Shown: positions 1 through 12,244, numbered from the stretch's first letter. The stretch is 64,000 nucleotides of DNA from an uncultured Candidatus Rokubacteria bacterium (GCA_963826115.1 CAWGVS010000005.1:448001-512000), one strand, 5' to 3'. Numbers and translations are program-made. Notes: generated by a model from the letters alone, not told the origin.

Positions 1-842
1 AGGACGGCGCGGTGTGGCTCCGGTTCTCGGCGATCGGCCGCCCGCAGGATCGCGTGCTGGTGAAGTCGACCGGCGAGCCGACGTACCGGCTTCCCGACAT
101 CGCGTACCACCGGGAGAAGCTCGCGCGCGGCTTCGATCGCATCCTGAACGTCCAGGGCGCCGACCACATCGAGGAAGCGAAGGACGTGGTGGCAGCCATC
201 GGGGCGCTCGGGTTGCCGGCCGACCGGATCCGCTACCTGATCCACCAGTTCGTGACGATCACGCGCGGCGGCGTCGAGGTGAAGATGTCGACGCGCCGGG
301 CGACCTACGTCACGATCGACGACCTCCTCGACCAGCTGGGGAACGCGGACGTCTTCCGGTGGTTCATGGTGACGCGGAGCCCGGAGAGCCACCTGAACTT
401 CGACCTCGACGCGGCGATGGAGCAGGACTGGCAGAAGAACCCGGTGTTCTACGTCCAGTACGCCCACGCGCGCGTCGCCAGCGTCTTCAACCACGCGCGC
501 GAGCGGGGGATCACCGCGCCGCGGGCGTGGTCCGAGGCCGATCTCGCCCCGATCTCGGCCCCCGAGGAGCTGGCGCTCGTGAAGACGCTCCTCCGCTTCC
601 CGCCCACGGTCGCCGCCGCGGCCCGAGCCTGCGAGCCGCACCGGATCGCCGTCTACGTCTACGAGCTGGCGGGCCAGCTCCACGCCTACCACCACCTCGG
701 GACGCACACGCCGGCCTTCCGCATCGTGCGACCGGAGGAGCCGGCACTGACCGCGGCCCGGCTCGGCCTCGCGTGGGGAGTCGCCCAGGTCCTGCGGAAC
801 GGCCTCGGGCTCCTCGGCATCTCCGCTCCGGAGTCGATGTGA
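1..842 (+). CDS. argS: Arginyl-tRNA synthetase, C-terminal part (5' truncated by window)
   Basis: DRVLVKSTGEPTY..DIAYH, GADH, KMSTR, FYVQYAHAR motifs; C-terminal LGISAPESM. Confidence 0.96.
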   Translation, partial: DGAVWLRFSAIGRPQDRVLVKSTGEPTYRLPDIAYHREKLARGFDRILNVQGADHIEEAKDVVAAIGALGLPADRIRYLIHQFVTITRGGVEVKMSTRRATYVTIDDLLDQLGNADVFRWFMVTRSPESHLNFDLDAAMEQDWQKNPVFYVQYAHARVASVFNHARERGITAPRAWSEADLAPISAPEELALVKTLLRFPPTVAAAARACEPHRIAVYVYELAGQLHAYHHLGTHTPAFRIVRPEEPALTAARLGLAWGVAQVLRNGLGLLGISAPESM

Positions 843-852
843 GGCGCAGGGG

Positions 853-1710
853 ATGATGCACGCGCGCCGACTCGGTCGTGCGCAGCACGAGTTCCGCTTC
901 GGCGGACGGGAGCTCGCGGTGCTCGGCGCGGTCGCCGGCCTGATCGCCACCCTCGTCTTCGCGGCGGGCATCGTGGTGGGGCGCGAGACGACCCGGGGGA
1001 AGGCGGTCCGCGCCGAGAACGGGCGCGAGCATCGCTCGCCCGAGCCGGAAGGGCTGCGCGGCGGCAGCGATACGAGCGTCAAGACGGCGGCGACTCGGGC
1101 GGAGGAGAAGGTCACCTTCTATCGGACGCTGACGGCCCCGACGCAGGACCTGCCCCAGGTCGGGAAGCCGACGATCGAGGAGCGGCTCGTGCCGAAGGAC
1201 GAGCCGGTGATTCACGCGCCCGACCCGACGCCGGCGGCGGAGGCCGCGTCCCGGCCTGCGGCCGAGACGCCGAAGAGCGAGCCGACCCGGACCGAGCCGG
1301 AGGCGCCCCGCGCCACGGCGCCGAGCGCGACTCCTCCGGCGGTGACCGCGAAGCCGGCGGAGACGGCGCCGCGCCCGGCGCGTCCCGCGCGACCGCCGGC
1401 CGCCGCGCAGCCCGCCCGCCCCGGTCCGACCCAGGTGGCGGCGGCGACGCCGACGACGGGACCGGGCCCGGAGACGTGGACCGTGCAGGTGAGCGCCTTC
1501 CGGAGCCGCGCGCTGGCCGAGGATCTGCGCTCCAGGCTGGCGGCTCGCGGCTTCGACGCCTACGTCTACCCCTCGATCACCGAGGACGGCCGGCCCCGTT
1601 ACCGCGTCCGCGTGGGCACGTACCCGGCCCGTGGCGACGCCGAGCGGGCCGCCACGGAGCTCCGGAGCGAGCGAGGGCTCAATCCACTCGTGACGCCGCG
1701 CACCCGGTAG
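853..1710 (+). CDS. SPOR-domain cell division protein (FtsN/DedD-like)
   Basis: N-terminal TM helix, Pro/Ala-rich linker, C-terminal WTVQVSAF...YRVRVG SPOR domain; typical position after argS. Confidence 0.88.
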   Translation: MMHARRLGRAQHEFRFGGRELAVLGAVAGLIATLVFAAGIVVGRETTRGKAVRAENGREHRSPEPEGLRGGSDTSVKTAATRAEEKVTFYRTLTAPTQDLPQVGKPTIEERLVPKDEPVIHAPDPTPAAEAASRPAAETPKSEPTRTEPEAPRATAPSATPPAVTAKPAETAPRPARPARPPAAAQPARPGPTQVAAATPTTGPGPETWTVQVSAFRSRALAEDLRSRLAARGFDAYVYPSITEDGRPRYRVRVGTYPARGDAERAATELRSERGLNPLVTPRTR

Positions 1711-1718
1711 GGCGCGGC

Positions 1719-2261
1719 GTGCCCCCGGGGGTCCAGCGCGTCCTCATCCCCGCGGAGGATCTCACCGCGCGCGTCCGGGAGATCGGTCACCAGATCCGGG
1801 CCGACTACGCGGGGCGGACGCCAATGCTGATCGGCGTGCTGAAGGGCGCCGTGGTCTTCCTCGCCGACCTGATGCGCTCGATCGACGCCCCGTGCGAGTG
1901 CGACTTCATCGCCGTCTCGTCGTACGGGGCCTCGACCCGCTCCTCGGGGATCGTCGAGCTGACCAAGGACCTGTCGGTGCCGATCGAGGGGCGCGACGTT
2001 CTCATCGTCGAGGACATCGTGGACACGGGCCGGACGCTCGCCTACCTCATCCGGAACCTGGAAACCCGGCAGCCGCGGAGCCTCCGCGTGTGCACCTTGC
2101 TCGACAAGACGTCCCGACGCGAGGTCCCGGTCTCCCTGGACTACGTCGGGTTCTCGATTCCCGACGAGTTCGTCGTCGGATACGGGCTCGACTTCGCGGG
2201 TCTCTACCGGAATCTGCCCTACCTTGGCGTCCTGGTCCCTCCGGATCCAGAGCCGGCCTGA
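1719..2261 (+). CDS. hpt: Hypoxanthine phosphoribosyltransferase
   Basis: GVLKGA, VLIVEDIVDTGRTL PRPP motif, FVVGYGLD; GTG start at 1719 inferred. Confidence 0.95.
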   Translation: MPPGVQRVLIPAEDLTARVREIGHQIRADYAGRTPMLIGVLKGAVVFLADLMRSIDAPCECDFIAVSSYGASTRSSGIVELTKDLSVPIEGRDVLIVEDIVDTGRTLAYLIRNLETRQPRSLRVCTLLDKTSRREVPVSLDYVGFSIPDEFVVGYGLDFAGLYRNLPYLGVLVPPDPEPA

Positions 2262-2341
2262 GCGCTCGGTGCTGCCGGCAGGGTCTCGCCCCGCGAGACC
2301 TGGAACGGGGCTGGCGCCCGGCGAAGCGAGATTTGGCCGTG

Positions 2342-2350
2342 TGCTATACT
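2342..2350 (+). promoter_or_regulatory. Extended -10 promoter element (TGnTATACT) upstream of ftsH
   Basis: tgctatact about 75 bp before the ftsH ATG. Confidence 0.5.
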
Positions 2351-2423
2351 GCGCTTACGCTGCGCAGGTTTGCGCCCCATCGTAGGGGCGACAGATGAGC
2401 CGAAGGAGGGTGGCGGACCCGGC

Positions 2424-4245
<1,822 letters not shown>

Positions 4246-4314
4246 CATCCGCCGGGGCCGCGCGGTCCCGGCCGGCTCGGCTCCGGCCGATCCGGCGACG
4301 CCCGGGTCTCGGCC

Positions 4315-5178
4315 GTGAGACTCCGCATGCGGGGGGTCGAGTTCGCGTGGGACGCGGCTCGCCCCCGAGCGCTGATCATGGGGATCGTGAACGTGACGCC
4401 CGACTCGTTTGCCGACGGAGGCCGGTACCTCGACCCGGCGGCGGCCGTGCGACAGGCGCGGACGCTCGCCGCCGAGGGCGCCGATCTTCTGGACGTGGGG
4501 GCGGAGTCGACGCGGCCGGGCTCGCCGGGCGTGTCGGCGGCCGAGGAGCGCGCGCGGCTCCTGCCGGTGCTGGAGCGGCTCCTCGACGATCCGCCGTGCC
4601 CGGTGTCGGTCGACACCTCGAAGCCTGACGTGGCCGAGGCCGTCCTGGCCCTCGGCGCCCACATGGTGAACGACGTCACCGCGCTCGCCGGGGGCCCCGA
4701 GCTCGCGGCGGTCTGCGCCGCGCACGGCGCCGCCCTCGCGGTCATGCACATGCAGGGGACGCCTCGCACGATGCAGGTCGATCCGCGGTACGACGACCTC
4801 CTGGGCGAGGTGCGGGCCGGCCTCGCCGTCGCGGTCCGGACGGCGGAGGCGGCCGGAGTGGCGCCGGACTCCATCTGCGTCGATCCGGGCATCGGCTTCG
4901 GGAAGACCGTCGCGCACAACCTCACCCTGCTGAAGCGGCTCGACGCGTTCCGTCCGCTCGGGAAGCCCATCCTGGTGGGCCCGTCGCGGAAGAGCTTCAT
5001 CGGCGCGCTCCTCGACCAGGTGCCGCCCGCGGAGCGCCTCGAGGGGACGCTGGCCGCGTGCGTCATGGCGGTGAGCGCGGGCGCCCACATCGTCCGCGTC
5101 CACGATGTCGCGGCCGTGCGGCGGGCGGTCCGGGTGGCCGAGGCCATCCGCGACGCGGTGCCGGGCGTGGAGGCCTGA
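4315..5178 (+). CDS. folP: Dihydropteroate synthase
   Basis: [42 protein letters not shown]. Confidence 0.96.
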   Translation: MRLRMRGVEFAWDAARPRALIMGIVNVTPDSFADGGRYLDPAAAVRQARTLAAEGADLLDVGAESTRPGSPGVSAAEERARLLPVLERLLDDPPCPVSVDTSKPDVAEAVLALGAHMVNDVTALAGGPELAAVCAAHGAALAVMHMQGTPRTMQVDPRYDDLLGEVRAGLAVAVRTAEAAGVAPDSICVDPGIGFGKTVAHNLTLLKRLDAFRPLGKPILVGPSRKSFIGALLDQVPPAERLEGTLAACVMAVSAGAHIVRVHDVAAVRRAVRVAEAIRDAVPGVEA

Positions 5179-5183
5179 CGGGC

Positions 5184-6014
5184 GTGCTGTCCCACCTCTG
5201 GACCGGGCTCCGCCTGCGCGACCTGGTGGACGTCGCCATCGTGGCCTTCGTCCTCTACCGCGTCCTCCTCGTGTTCCGCGGCACGGTGGCGATCCAGATG
5301 CTGGCCGGCCTCGTCCTCTTGATGACCGCGCGCCTCGCCGCGCGGCAAGCGGACCTCCGGAGCCTGTCCTTCGTGCTCGAGAACTTCTGGGCGTTCTGGG
5401 TGCTGGCCCTGATCGTCCTCTTCCAGCCGGAGCTCCGGCGCACGCTGGCGCAGGCCGGGCGGAACCCGCTGATCCAGCGCATGGCGGGCCAGGCGTCGGC
5501 CGCGCGCCGACAGCTCCTCGAGGAGATCACGCGGGCGGTCGAGGCGCTCGCCGTGAAGCGCATCGGCGCCCTGATCGCCGTCGAGCGGCAGGTCGGGCTC
5601 CGAGCGTACGCCGAGCTCGGCGTGCCGATGGAGGCGGTGGTGTCGGCGGAGCTCCTGGGGAGCCTGTTCCAGCCGGGGTCGCCGCTCCACGACGGCGCCG
5701 CCCTCATCCAGGGGGACCGCATCACGGCGGCCGGGTGCTTCCTGCCGCTCTCCCGAAACCTCGGGCTCTCGCGGACGCTCGGCACGCGGCACCGCGCGGC
5801 CGTCGGCCTGTCGGAGGAGACGGACGCCGCCGTCGTCGTGGTGTCCGAGGAGACCGGTGTCATCTCGCTCGCGGTCGACGGCGTGATCGAGCGCGGGCTC
5901 GACGCGGAGCGCCTGCAGGAGCGGCTGACGGTCCTGCTCAACGCCGGCGAGCGCCCGGCGCGGCGGTCGTTTCTCGCGGGTGTGCGCCGCCTGACGGCGC
6001 GGAGCAAGGCGTGA
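5184..6014 (+). CDS. cdaA: Diadenylate cyclase CdaA/DacA
   Basis: 3 TM helices, FQPELRR, HDGA and GTRHRAA DAC motifs, VVVSEETG. Confidence 0.95.
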   Translation: MLSHLWTGLRLRDLVDVAIVAFVLYRVLLVFRGTVAIQMLAGLVLLMTARLAARQADLRSLSFVLENFWAFWVLALIVLFQPELRRTLAQAGRNPLIQRMAGQASAARRQLLEEITRAVEALAVKRIGALIAVERQVGLRAYAELGVPMEAVVSAELLGSLFQPGSPLHDGAALIQGDRITAAGCFLPLSRNLGLSRTLGTRHRAAVGLSEETDAAVVVVSEETGVISLAVDGVIERGLDAERLQERLTVLLNAGERPARRSFLAGVRRLTARSKA

Positions 6015-6394
6015 CCGGGCTTCGGGCGCTCCTCGTCGAGAACTGGCCGCTGAAGCTCGTGGCCTTCGCGTTCGCGGCGGGCCTCTGGGTGTTCGTCGTG
6101 ACCGAGGAGCGGACCGACGCGGTGTTCACCGTGCCGCTCGATCTGGTCGACCGACCGGCGGGCATGGACGTGGCCTCGGTCGGCGTCGAGACCGTGGTTG
6201 TGCGGGTCGAGGGCCGCCACAGCCTCCTGCGGCGTCTTCACGAGGAGGACTTCCGCGCGGAGGTGAGCTTGAAGAGCGCGCGGCCAGGCCGCTTCGTCGG
6301 GCGCATCGACACGGACAACGTCTCGGCTCCCAAGGGGGTCCGCGTCGTCCGTGTCACCCCCAGCGAGGTGCGCGCCATCCTGGAGGCGCGGTAG
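6011..6394 (+). CDS. cdaR: CdaR/YbbR-like regulator (single YbbR domain)
   Basis: NWPLKLVAFAFAAGLW anchor typical of YbbR; GTGA overlap with cdaA; lies between cdaA and glmM. Confidence 0.8.
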   Translation: MTGLRALLVENWPLKLVAFAFAAGLWVFVVTEERTDAVFTVPLDLVDRPAGMDVASVGVETVVVRVEGRHSLLRRLHEEDFRAEVSLKSARPGRFVGRIDTDNVSAPKGVRVVRVTPSEVRAILEAR

Positions 6395-6399
6395 CGATC

Positions 6400-7767
6400 G
6401 TGACCCGGCTCTTCGGGACCGACGGGATCCGCGGCGTGGCCAACCAGGCGCCGCTGACGCCCGAGTTGACCTGTCGCCTGGGCCGGATCGCGGCGGGCTA
6501 CCTGGCCGAGCGCGCCGGGCGGACGCGGCGCCGGCCTGCCGTCCTGATCGCCCGCGACACGCGCCTGTCGGGCCCCATGCTCGAGGCCGCGCTCGTCGCC
6601 GGCATCCTGTCGGCGGGCGCCGACGCCCTCGTGGCGGGGGTCCTGCCGACGCCGGCCGTCGCCTTCCTGATCCCCGCGCTCGGCGCGGCGGGCGGCGCCG
6701 TGCTCTCGGCCTCCCACAATCCCTTCGAGGACAACGGCGTGAAGCTCTTCTCGGGCGACGGCGACAAGCTGCCCGACGCCTGGGAGGACGAGATCGAGGC
6801 GCGGCTCGCGTCGGACACCGACGGGTCCCGGCCGACCGGCGCACGGATCGGCCGCCGGCGCGCGGTGGCCGGCGCCGAGCGGCGCTACCTCGACGGGCTG
6901 CGGGCGAGCCTGCCCGGGGACTTCGGGCTGGCCGGTCTCCGGGTCGTGCTCGACTGCGCCCACGGCGCGACCTACCGCGTCGCGCCGCGACTGTTCCGCG
7001 CGCTCGGGGCCGACGTCGAGACGCTCGGCGCTCGGCCCAGCGGGACGAACATCAACCGCGACGTGGGCGCGCTCCACCCCGAGGCGCTCCAGGCGCGGGT
7101 CCGCGCCACGCCGGGCGCGCTCGGCCTCGCCTTCGACGGCGACGGCGACCGGCTGATCGTCGTGGACGAGGAGGGCCAGGTCCGCGACGGCGACCACGTG
7201 CTCGCGATCTGTGCCCAGGCGCTCCACGCGCGGAGCGAGCTCCGAGGCGGGGTCGTGGTGTCGACCGTGATGGCGAACCTGGGGCTCGAGCGGGCCCTCG
7301 GAGCCTTCGGGGTGAAGATGGCGCGCGCCGCCGTCGGCGACCGCTACGTCCTCGAGGAGATGCGTCGCCTCGGGGCGAACCTCGGCGGGGAGCAGTCCGG
7401 GCACGTCATCTTCCTCGACCACGCGCGGACGGGTGACGGACTCCTGACGGCGCTCCAGCTGCTGCGGGCCGTGCGCGAGGCGAGGCGGCCCCTGTCGGCC
7501 CTCGCCGCCCGGGTCGAGAAGTGTCCGCAGGTGCTGCTGAACGTGCGGGTCCGGGCGCGTCCGCCCCTCGACGGGCTCCGCGGCGTCGCCGACGTCCTGG
7601 CGCGGTGGGAGACGAGGCTCGACGGGCGCGCCCGGTTCCTGGTGCGGTACTCGGGAACCGAGCCCCTCGCCCGGGTGATGGTGGAGGGGGACGACCACGC
7701 GACCATCCATGCGGCCGCCCTCGAGGTCGCCGCCGCCATTCAGGCCGAGATTGGAGCGACATCGTGA
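6400..7767 (+). CDS. glmM: Phosphoglucosamine mutase
   Basis: FGTDGIRG, SASHNP, FDGDGDR, GGEQSGH, RYSGTEP. Confidence 0.97.
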   Translation: MTRLFGTDGIRGVANQAPLTPELTCRLGRIAAGYLAERAGRTRRRPAVLIARDTRLSGPMLEAALVAGILSAGADALVAGVLPTPAVAFLIPALGAAGGAVLSASHNPFEDNGVKLFSGDGDKLPDAWEDEIEARLASDTDGSRPTGARIGRRRAVAGAERRYLDGLRASLPGDFGLAGLRVVLDCAHGATYRVAPRLFRALGADVETLGARPSGTNINRDVGALHPEALQARVRATPGALGLAFDGDGDRLIVVDEEGQVRDGDHVLAICAQALHARSELRGGVVVSTVMANLGLERALGAFGVKMARAAVGDRYVLEEMRRLGANLGGEQSGHVIFLDHARTGDGLLTALQLLRAVREARRPLSALAARVEKCPQVLLNVRVRARPPLDGLRGVADVLARWETRLDGRARFLVRYSGTEPLARVMVEGDDHATIHAAALEVAAAIQAEIGATS

Positions 7768-8408
7768 TCCGACGACCGAGCGTGAGAGCGGCCGGACTGG
7801 CCGCCCTGTGTGCCGTGCTGCTCCTGGGGTGCGGCGACGATCACTCCGGCGCGACGAAGAACGCGCCGCTCTTCGAGTTCAACGCCCAGCAGAACGGCGG
7901 TAAGACGATCCGGTGGGCCAGCCTGCCGATCCGCGTGTTCCTCGGCAACGGCGTCGCCCGACCCGACGAGGTGAACGTCTGGACGGCGGCGACGAACGGG
8001 GCCGTGACGTTCGCCTTCGTCGGCAGCCCGGGGGCGGCCAACATCGCCTTCGGCCTCCGGAGCGGGACGGACATCTGCGGCGTGACGTTCGTCGAGTTCA
8101 ACGACGACGGCACCTTCACGCACGTGGAGGTCCAGGTCAGCCAGACCATCTATCGGGGTCCCCAGTGCCAGCGGACGATCACCCACGAGTCCGCCCACGC
8201 CATCGGTTTTCTCGGCCACACGTCCGAGGGCGCGCTCATGGATCCGGACGGCGGGAACGGCGACATCACGCCGCTGGTCACCGGGGTCCTGCGCGACCTC
8301 TACCACTTCGCGCCCGGCACCCAGGTCGTCGCCCAGGCCAGGCGGTTCGGCCTGAGCCGGCCCGGGGGCAAGCACGTCATGACCTTCGTGTATCCGGTGC
8401 GGCAGTGA
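7764..8408 (+). CDS. Putative lipoprotein metzincin (matrixin-like) zinc metalloprotease
   Basis: Lipobox-like LLLGC; HESAHAIGFLGH (HExxHxxGxxH) followed by ALM Met-turn. Confidence 0.72.
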   Translation: MIRRPSVRAAGLAALCAVLLLGCGDDHSGATKNAPLFEFNAQQNGGKTIRWASLPIRVFLGNGVARPDEVNVWTAATNGAVTFAFVGSPGAANIAFGLRSGTDICGVTFVEFNDDGTFTHVEVQVSQTIYRGPQCQRTITHESAHAIGFLGHTSEGALMDPDGGNGDITPLVTGVLRDLYHFAPGTQVVAQARRFGLSRPGGKHVMTFVYPVRQ

Positions 8409-8821
8409 CCGGACGGGCCGGGCTCGCGCTGGTCGCGGCGATGTGCGCCTGGCCGGTGGCGGACGCGATCGCGCAGTCCGCGGCGCCGCCTCCCGCGTCG
8501 CGGCTCATGGTGATGGACATGCCCTACGCGCGGGTCTGGGACGGCGCGGTCCACGCGCTCTCGGGCTACGCGCTCGCGCGAGCGGCCGACGGCGTGATCG
8601 AGACGGCGCGCGTCGAGCGCGAGCCGCGGCCGGACGAGCCCGGCGCCGGCCGGGTGGCCGAGCGCGTCACGGTCCGAGTGGAGGCCGTGGGCGAGCGGAT
8701 CACGCGCGTCACCGTGAGCGTCTCGGCCGAGGTTTTCCGGGACGGCGGCTGGCACGCCGTCGATCCGTCGCCGGCGACGGCGCGCGCGGTCATCGACCGG
8801 ATCCGCGCCGGCCTGAGCTGA
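8405..8821 (+). CDS. Exported hypothetical protein (weakly BamC/helix-grip-like)
   Basis: Signal peptide; GTGA overlap with upstream gene; YARVWDGAVHAL...GVIET pattern. Confidence 0.6.
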   Translation: MTGRAGLALVAAMCAWPVADAIAQSAAPPPASRLMVMDMPYARVWDGAVHALSGYALARAADGVIETARVEREPRPDEPGAGRVAERVTVRVEAVGERITRVTVSVSAEVFRDGGWHAVDPSPATARAVIDRIRAGLS

Positions 8822-8843
8822 GCCGAGGGGATCGGAGGGGGCC

Positions 8844-9233
8844 ATGGTGGTCGGTATCGGCATCGACGTCGTCGAGATCGCCCGCATCCGGCGCCTGATG
8901 GAGCGGTGGGAGGATCGGTTCCTCCAGCGCGTCTTCACCGAGGCGGAGATCGCCTACGCGCGCCGCCGCCCCGACCCCGCCCAGCACCTGGCCGCGCGCT
9001 TCGCTGCGAAGGAAGCGACGCTGAAGGCGCTCGGCACCGGGCTGTCGATGGGCGTCCGGTGGCGGGAGATGGAGGTCCGGCGAGGCCGGGGCGAGCCGCC
9101 CAGGCTCGCGCTCAGCGGCCGCACCGCCGAGCTCGGCGAGGCCCGCGGCGTGAAGCGGCTCCACGTCTCCTTGACCCACGACGCCGGGCTCGCGGTGGCG
9201 CAGGTCCTCGCCGAGGGCGAGGGCGCGCCGTGA
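8844..9233 (+). CDS. acpS: Holo-ACP synthase
   Basis: GIGIDVVEI, ARFAAKEATLKALGTG, HVSLTHD. Confidence 0.96.
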   Translation: MVVGIGIDVVEIARIRRLMERWEDRFLQRVFTEAEIAYARRRPDPAQHLAARFAAKEATLKALGTGLSMGVRWREMEVRRGRGEPPRLALSGRTAELGEARGVKRLHVSLTHDAGLAVAQVLAEGEGAP

Positions 9234-9267
9234 GGTTGCCGTCGCGCCCGTCGCGGACACGCGTCGC

Positions 9268-10836
9268 GTGATCCCGCTCGCCACCGCCGAGGAGATGCGC
9301 CAGGCCGACCGGCGCGCGACGGAGCGCTACGGCGTGCCGAGCCTCCTCCTGATGGAGAACGCGGGCCGGGGGGCCGCCGACGCCCTCGAGCGCGTGCTCG
9401 GGCCGGTCGCGGGCCGCCGGGTTTCCGTGATCTGCGGGAAGGGAAACAACGGCGGCGACGGTTTCGTCCTCGCGCGTCACCTGCTGGGCCGCGGCGCCCG
9501 GGTCTCGACGTGGCTCGTCGGCCGGGCCGCCGACGTCCAGGGCGACGCCCGCGTCAACATGGAGGCGCTCCAGCGCGCCGGCGAACGCGTCGCCGAGGTC
9601 CCCGACGCGGACGGGAGCGCGTTCGGCCGCCTGCGGGACGAGCTCGCGACCGCCGACGTCCTCGTCGACGCCCTGCTCGGCACCGGCGTCCGCGGGCCCG
9701 CGACCGGTGCGATCGCCGCCGCGATCGAGGCCCTCAACGCGGCGGGGCGGCCCGTCTGCGCGCTCGACCTTCCGTCCGGCCTGCCGTCCGACGGGGAGGC
9801 GCCCGCGGGCCCGGTCGTGCGGGCGCGCCTCACGGTGACCTTCGGGCTGCCGAAGCTCGGGCTCCTCCTGTCGGCGGGAAGCGCCCACGCGGGGCAGCTC
9901 GAGATCGCCGATCTCGGGATCCCCCGCGCGTGGCTGGGCGAGGGGATTCCGACCGCGCTCCTCGAGGCCGCCGACGTGCGGGCGTCGCTCCCGCTCCGGC
10001 CGGCCGAGGCCCACAAGGGAAGCTACGGCCATCTGCTGGTGGTGGCGGGCTCCGTCGGGCGGACCGGCGCCGCCGTCCTCGCGTGCCTCGGCGCGCTCCG
10101 GGCGGGCACCGGTCTCGTGACCTGCGGGACGGCGGCCTCGCAGCAGCCCGTCGTCGCGGCACAGCTCCCCGAGCCCATGACCGAGCCGCTCCCGGAGACC
10201 GCCGCGCGGAGCATCTCCCAGAAGGCCGTGGAGCGCATCGTCGAGCTCCTGTCCCGGATGGACGCGCTCGCGCTCGGCCCCGGGATCGGCCTCGATCCGG
10301 AGACCCAGTCGGCCGTCCGCGCCCTGGTCCGGGACGCCGAGCGACCGATGGTCGTGGACGCCGACGCGCTGACCGCGCTGGCAGGCCAGGTGAGTCTCTG
10401 CCGCAACGCGCGCGCGCCGCGCCTCCTGACCCCGCATCCCGGCGAGGCGGCCCGGCTCCTGGGACGGACCATCGCCGAGGTCCAGGCGGACCGCGTCGGG
10501 TACGCGCGACGCCTCGCCGCCGAGAGCGGGGCCGTCGTCGCCCTGAAGGGCGCGCGGACGGTCGTGGCGGATCCCGGCGGCTTCGCGACGCTGAACCCGA
10601 CCGGCAACCCCGGGATGGCGACCGGCGGCACCGGCGACGTGCTCACCGGCATCGTGGGCGGGCTCCTCGCCCAGGGCGTCGCGCCGACCGCGGCGCTCGC
10701 CGCCGCCGTGTACCTCCACGGCCTTGCGGGAGACCTCGCGGCGGCCGCGCGCGGCGAGGCGGGGCTCGTCGCGGGGGACGTGGCCGACGCCGTGCCGGCC
10801 GCGATCCGTCGCGTCCGCGACGCGGCTGCGGCGTGA
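9268..10836 (+). CDS. nnr: Bifunctional NAD(P)HX epimerase/dehydratase
   Basis: [42 protein letters not shown]. Confidence 0.95.
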   Translation: MIPLATAEEMRQADRRATERYGVPSLLLMENAGRGAADALERVLGPVAGRRVSVICGKGNNGGDGFVLARHLLGRGARVSTWLVGRAADVQGDARVNMEALQRAGERVAEVPDADGSAFGRLRDELATADVLVDALLGTGVRGPATGAIAAAIEALNAAGRPVCALDLPSGLPSDGEAPAGPVVRARLTVTFGLPKLGLLLSAGSAHAGQLEIADLGIPRAWLGEGIPTALLEAADVRASLPLRPAEAHKGSYGHLLVVAGSVGRTGAAVLACLGALRAGTGLVTCGTAASQQPVVAAQLPEPMTEPLPETAARSISQKAVERIVELLSRMDALALGPGIGLDPETQSAVRALVRDAERPMVVDADALTALAGQVSLCRNARAPRLLTPHPGEAARLLGRTIAEVQADRVGYARRLAAESGAVVALKGARTVVADPGGFATLNPTGNPGMATGGTGDVLTGIVGGLLAQGVAPTAALAAAVYLHGLAGDLAAAARGEAGLVAGDVADAVPAAIRRVRDAAAA

Positions 10837-11339
10837 GCGCGGGTCGGCCCGCCGGCGCCGCGCCGGCGGGCGGGGTAGTCGCCCTTGTCTGCGCAACCGC
10901 CGAGGACACGCGGGCTCTCGCGGCGCGGATCGCGCGGCGCGCGACGCCCGGCACGGTGATCGCGCTCAGCGGGGACCTCGGCGCCGGCAAGACCTGCTTC
11001 ATCCAGGGCCTGGCGGCCGGGCTGGGTATCACGGGCCCCGTGACCAGTCCCACCTTCGTCATGATCGCGGAGTACGCGGGCCGCCTCCCGCTCTACCACG
11101 TGGACCTCTACCGGACCGAGAGCCTCGGCGAGATCCGCCGGCTGGGCCTCGATGAGATGCTGGACGGCGCCGGCGTGACCGCGATCGAGTGGGCGGAGAA
11201 GGGGGAGCCGCTCCTGCCCACGCGGGCGATCCGCGTCCGGATCACCGGCGCCGGCGACGAGCCGCGGGCGGTCGAGCTCGAGGGCGTTCCTCCGGACTGG
11301 CCGTCGGACTGGGCGGCGTGCGAGGTGGATCCCGCCTGA
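10833..11339 (+). CDS. tsaE: tRNA t6A biosynthesis ATPase TsaE
   Basis: [26 protein letters not shown]. Confidence 0.94.
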   Translation: MSAGRPAGAAPAGGVVALVCATAEDTRALAARIARRATPGTVIALSGDLGAGKTCFIQGLAAGLGITGPVTSPTFVMIAEYAGRLPLYHVDLYRTESLGEIRRLGLDEMLDGAGVTAIEWAEKGEPLLPTRAIRVRITGAGDEPRAVELEGVPPDWPSDWAACEVDPA

Positions 11340-11501
11340 CACCTCGCGCCTGAGTGCGTCGCGGTGCGGCGGCCCTGCGGCCGCTGGCCGTGAGCGTGCG
11401 GAGGCGGCCCCGTCCACGAGTCGATACGGGCGCGGGGCGACCCGACGCGCTCCTCGAGCCGGAATCCCGCGCCGATCGCGTCTTCCACTCTGCCATCGCG
11501 C

Positions 11502-11516
11502 TGGCACCGACGTTGC
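11502..11516 (+). promoter_or_regulatory. sigma54 (-24/-12) promoter motif before radC
   Basis: TGGCAC-CGACG-TTGC, exact GG-N10-GC spacing. Confidence 0.6.
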
Positions 11517-11531
11517 TCTCCGCCCAAGGTC

Positions 11532-12221
11532 GTGAACGGCCAGCGTCCTCCGATTCGGGAGTGGCCCCCCGAGGATCGCCCGCGCGAGCGGTTCCTCACG
11601 AAGGGCGCCGACGCGCTCAGCGATGCCGAGTGCCTCGCGCTCCTCCTCGGCGGCGGCGTGCCGGGGCACACCGCGCTCGACCAGGCGCAATCGCTCCTCG
11701 CCGCCTTCGGCTCCCTCGCCGCGCTCGCGGACCGCGAGGTCCAGGAGCTCGCGTGGGTTGGGGGGCTCGGCATCGCGAAGGCCGTGCGCCTGGGGGCGGC
11801 CATCGAGCTGTCCCGGCGCCTCCGCGCCCGGCCGAACGGCGGGCGCGTTCGGCTGTCGAGCCCCGAGGAGGTCGCGGGCTTCTTCGGTCCCCGCCTCGAG
11901 TCGCTGAAGAAAGAGGTGTTCCGTGTCGCGCTGCTCGACAGCCAGAACGGGCTCCTCCGGGACGTCCAGGTTTCCGAGGGCAGCCTGTCGGCCTCGATCG
12001 TCCACCCGCGCGAGGTCTTCCGGACGGCGATCCTCGAGGCCACCGCCCACCTGATCCTGGTCCACAACCATCCGTCCGGCGACCCGACGCCGTCCAAGGA
12101 AGACGTCCACCTCACGCGGCAGCTCGTGGAGGGCGCGCGGCTTCTCGGCCTGCGCGTCCACGATCACGTCATCATCGGCCGCGGCAGCCACGTGAGCCTC
12201 GCCCAGCGCGGGCTCATCTGA
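11532..12221 (+). CDS. radC: RadC family JAB-domain protein
   Basis: DRPRERF, HhH GLGIAKA, VHPREVF, HNHPSGDPTPS.ED, DHVIIG. Confidence 0.94.
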   Translation: MNGQRPPIREWPPEDRPRERFLTKGADALSDAECLALLLGGGVPGHTALDQAQSLLAAFGSLAALADREVQELAWVGGLGIAKAVRLGAAIELSRRLRARPNGGRVRLSSPEEVAGFFGPRLESLKKEVFRVALLDSQNGLLRDVQVSEGSLSASIVHPREVFRTAILEATAHLILVHNHPSGDPTPSKEDVHLTRQLVEGARLLGLRVHDHVIIGRGSHVSLAQRGLI

Positions 12222-12244
12222 CCGCCGCTGGGGAGGGAAGCGCC

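Noticed and set aside
1200-1470. Pro/Ala-rich quasi-repeats
   Set aside because: Ordinary low-complexity linker of a SPOR protein
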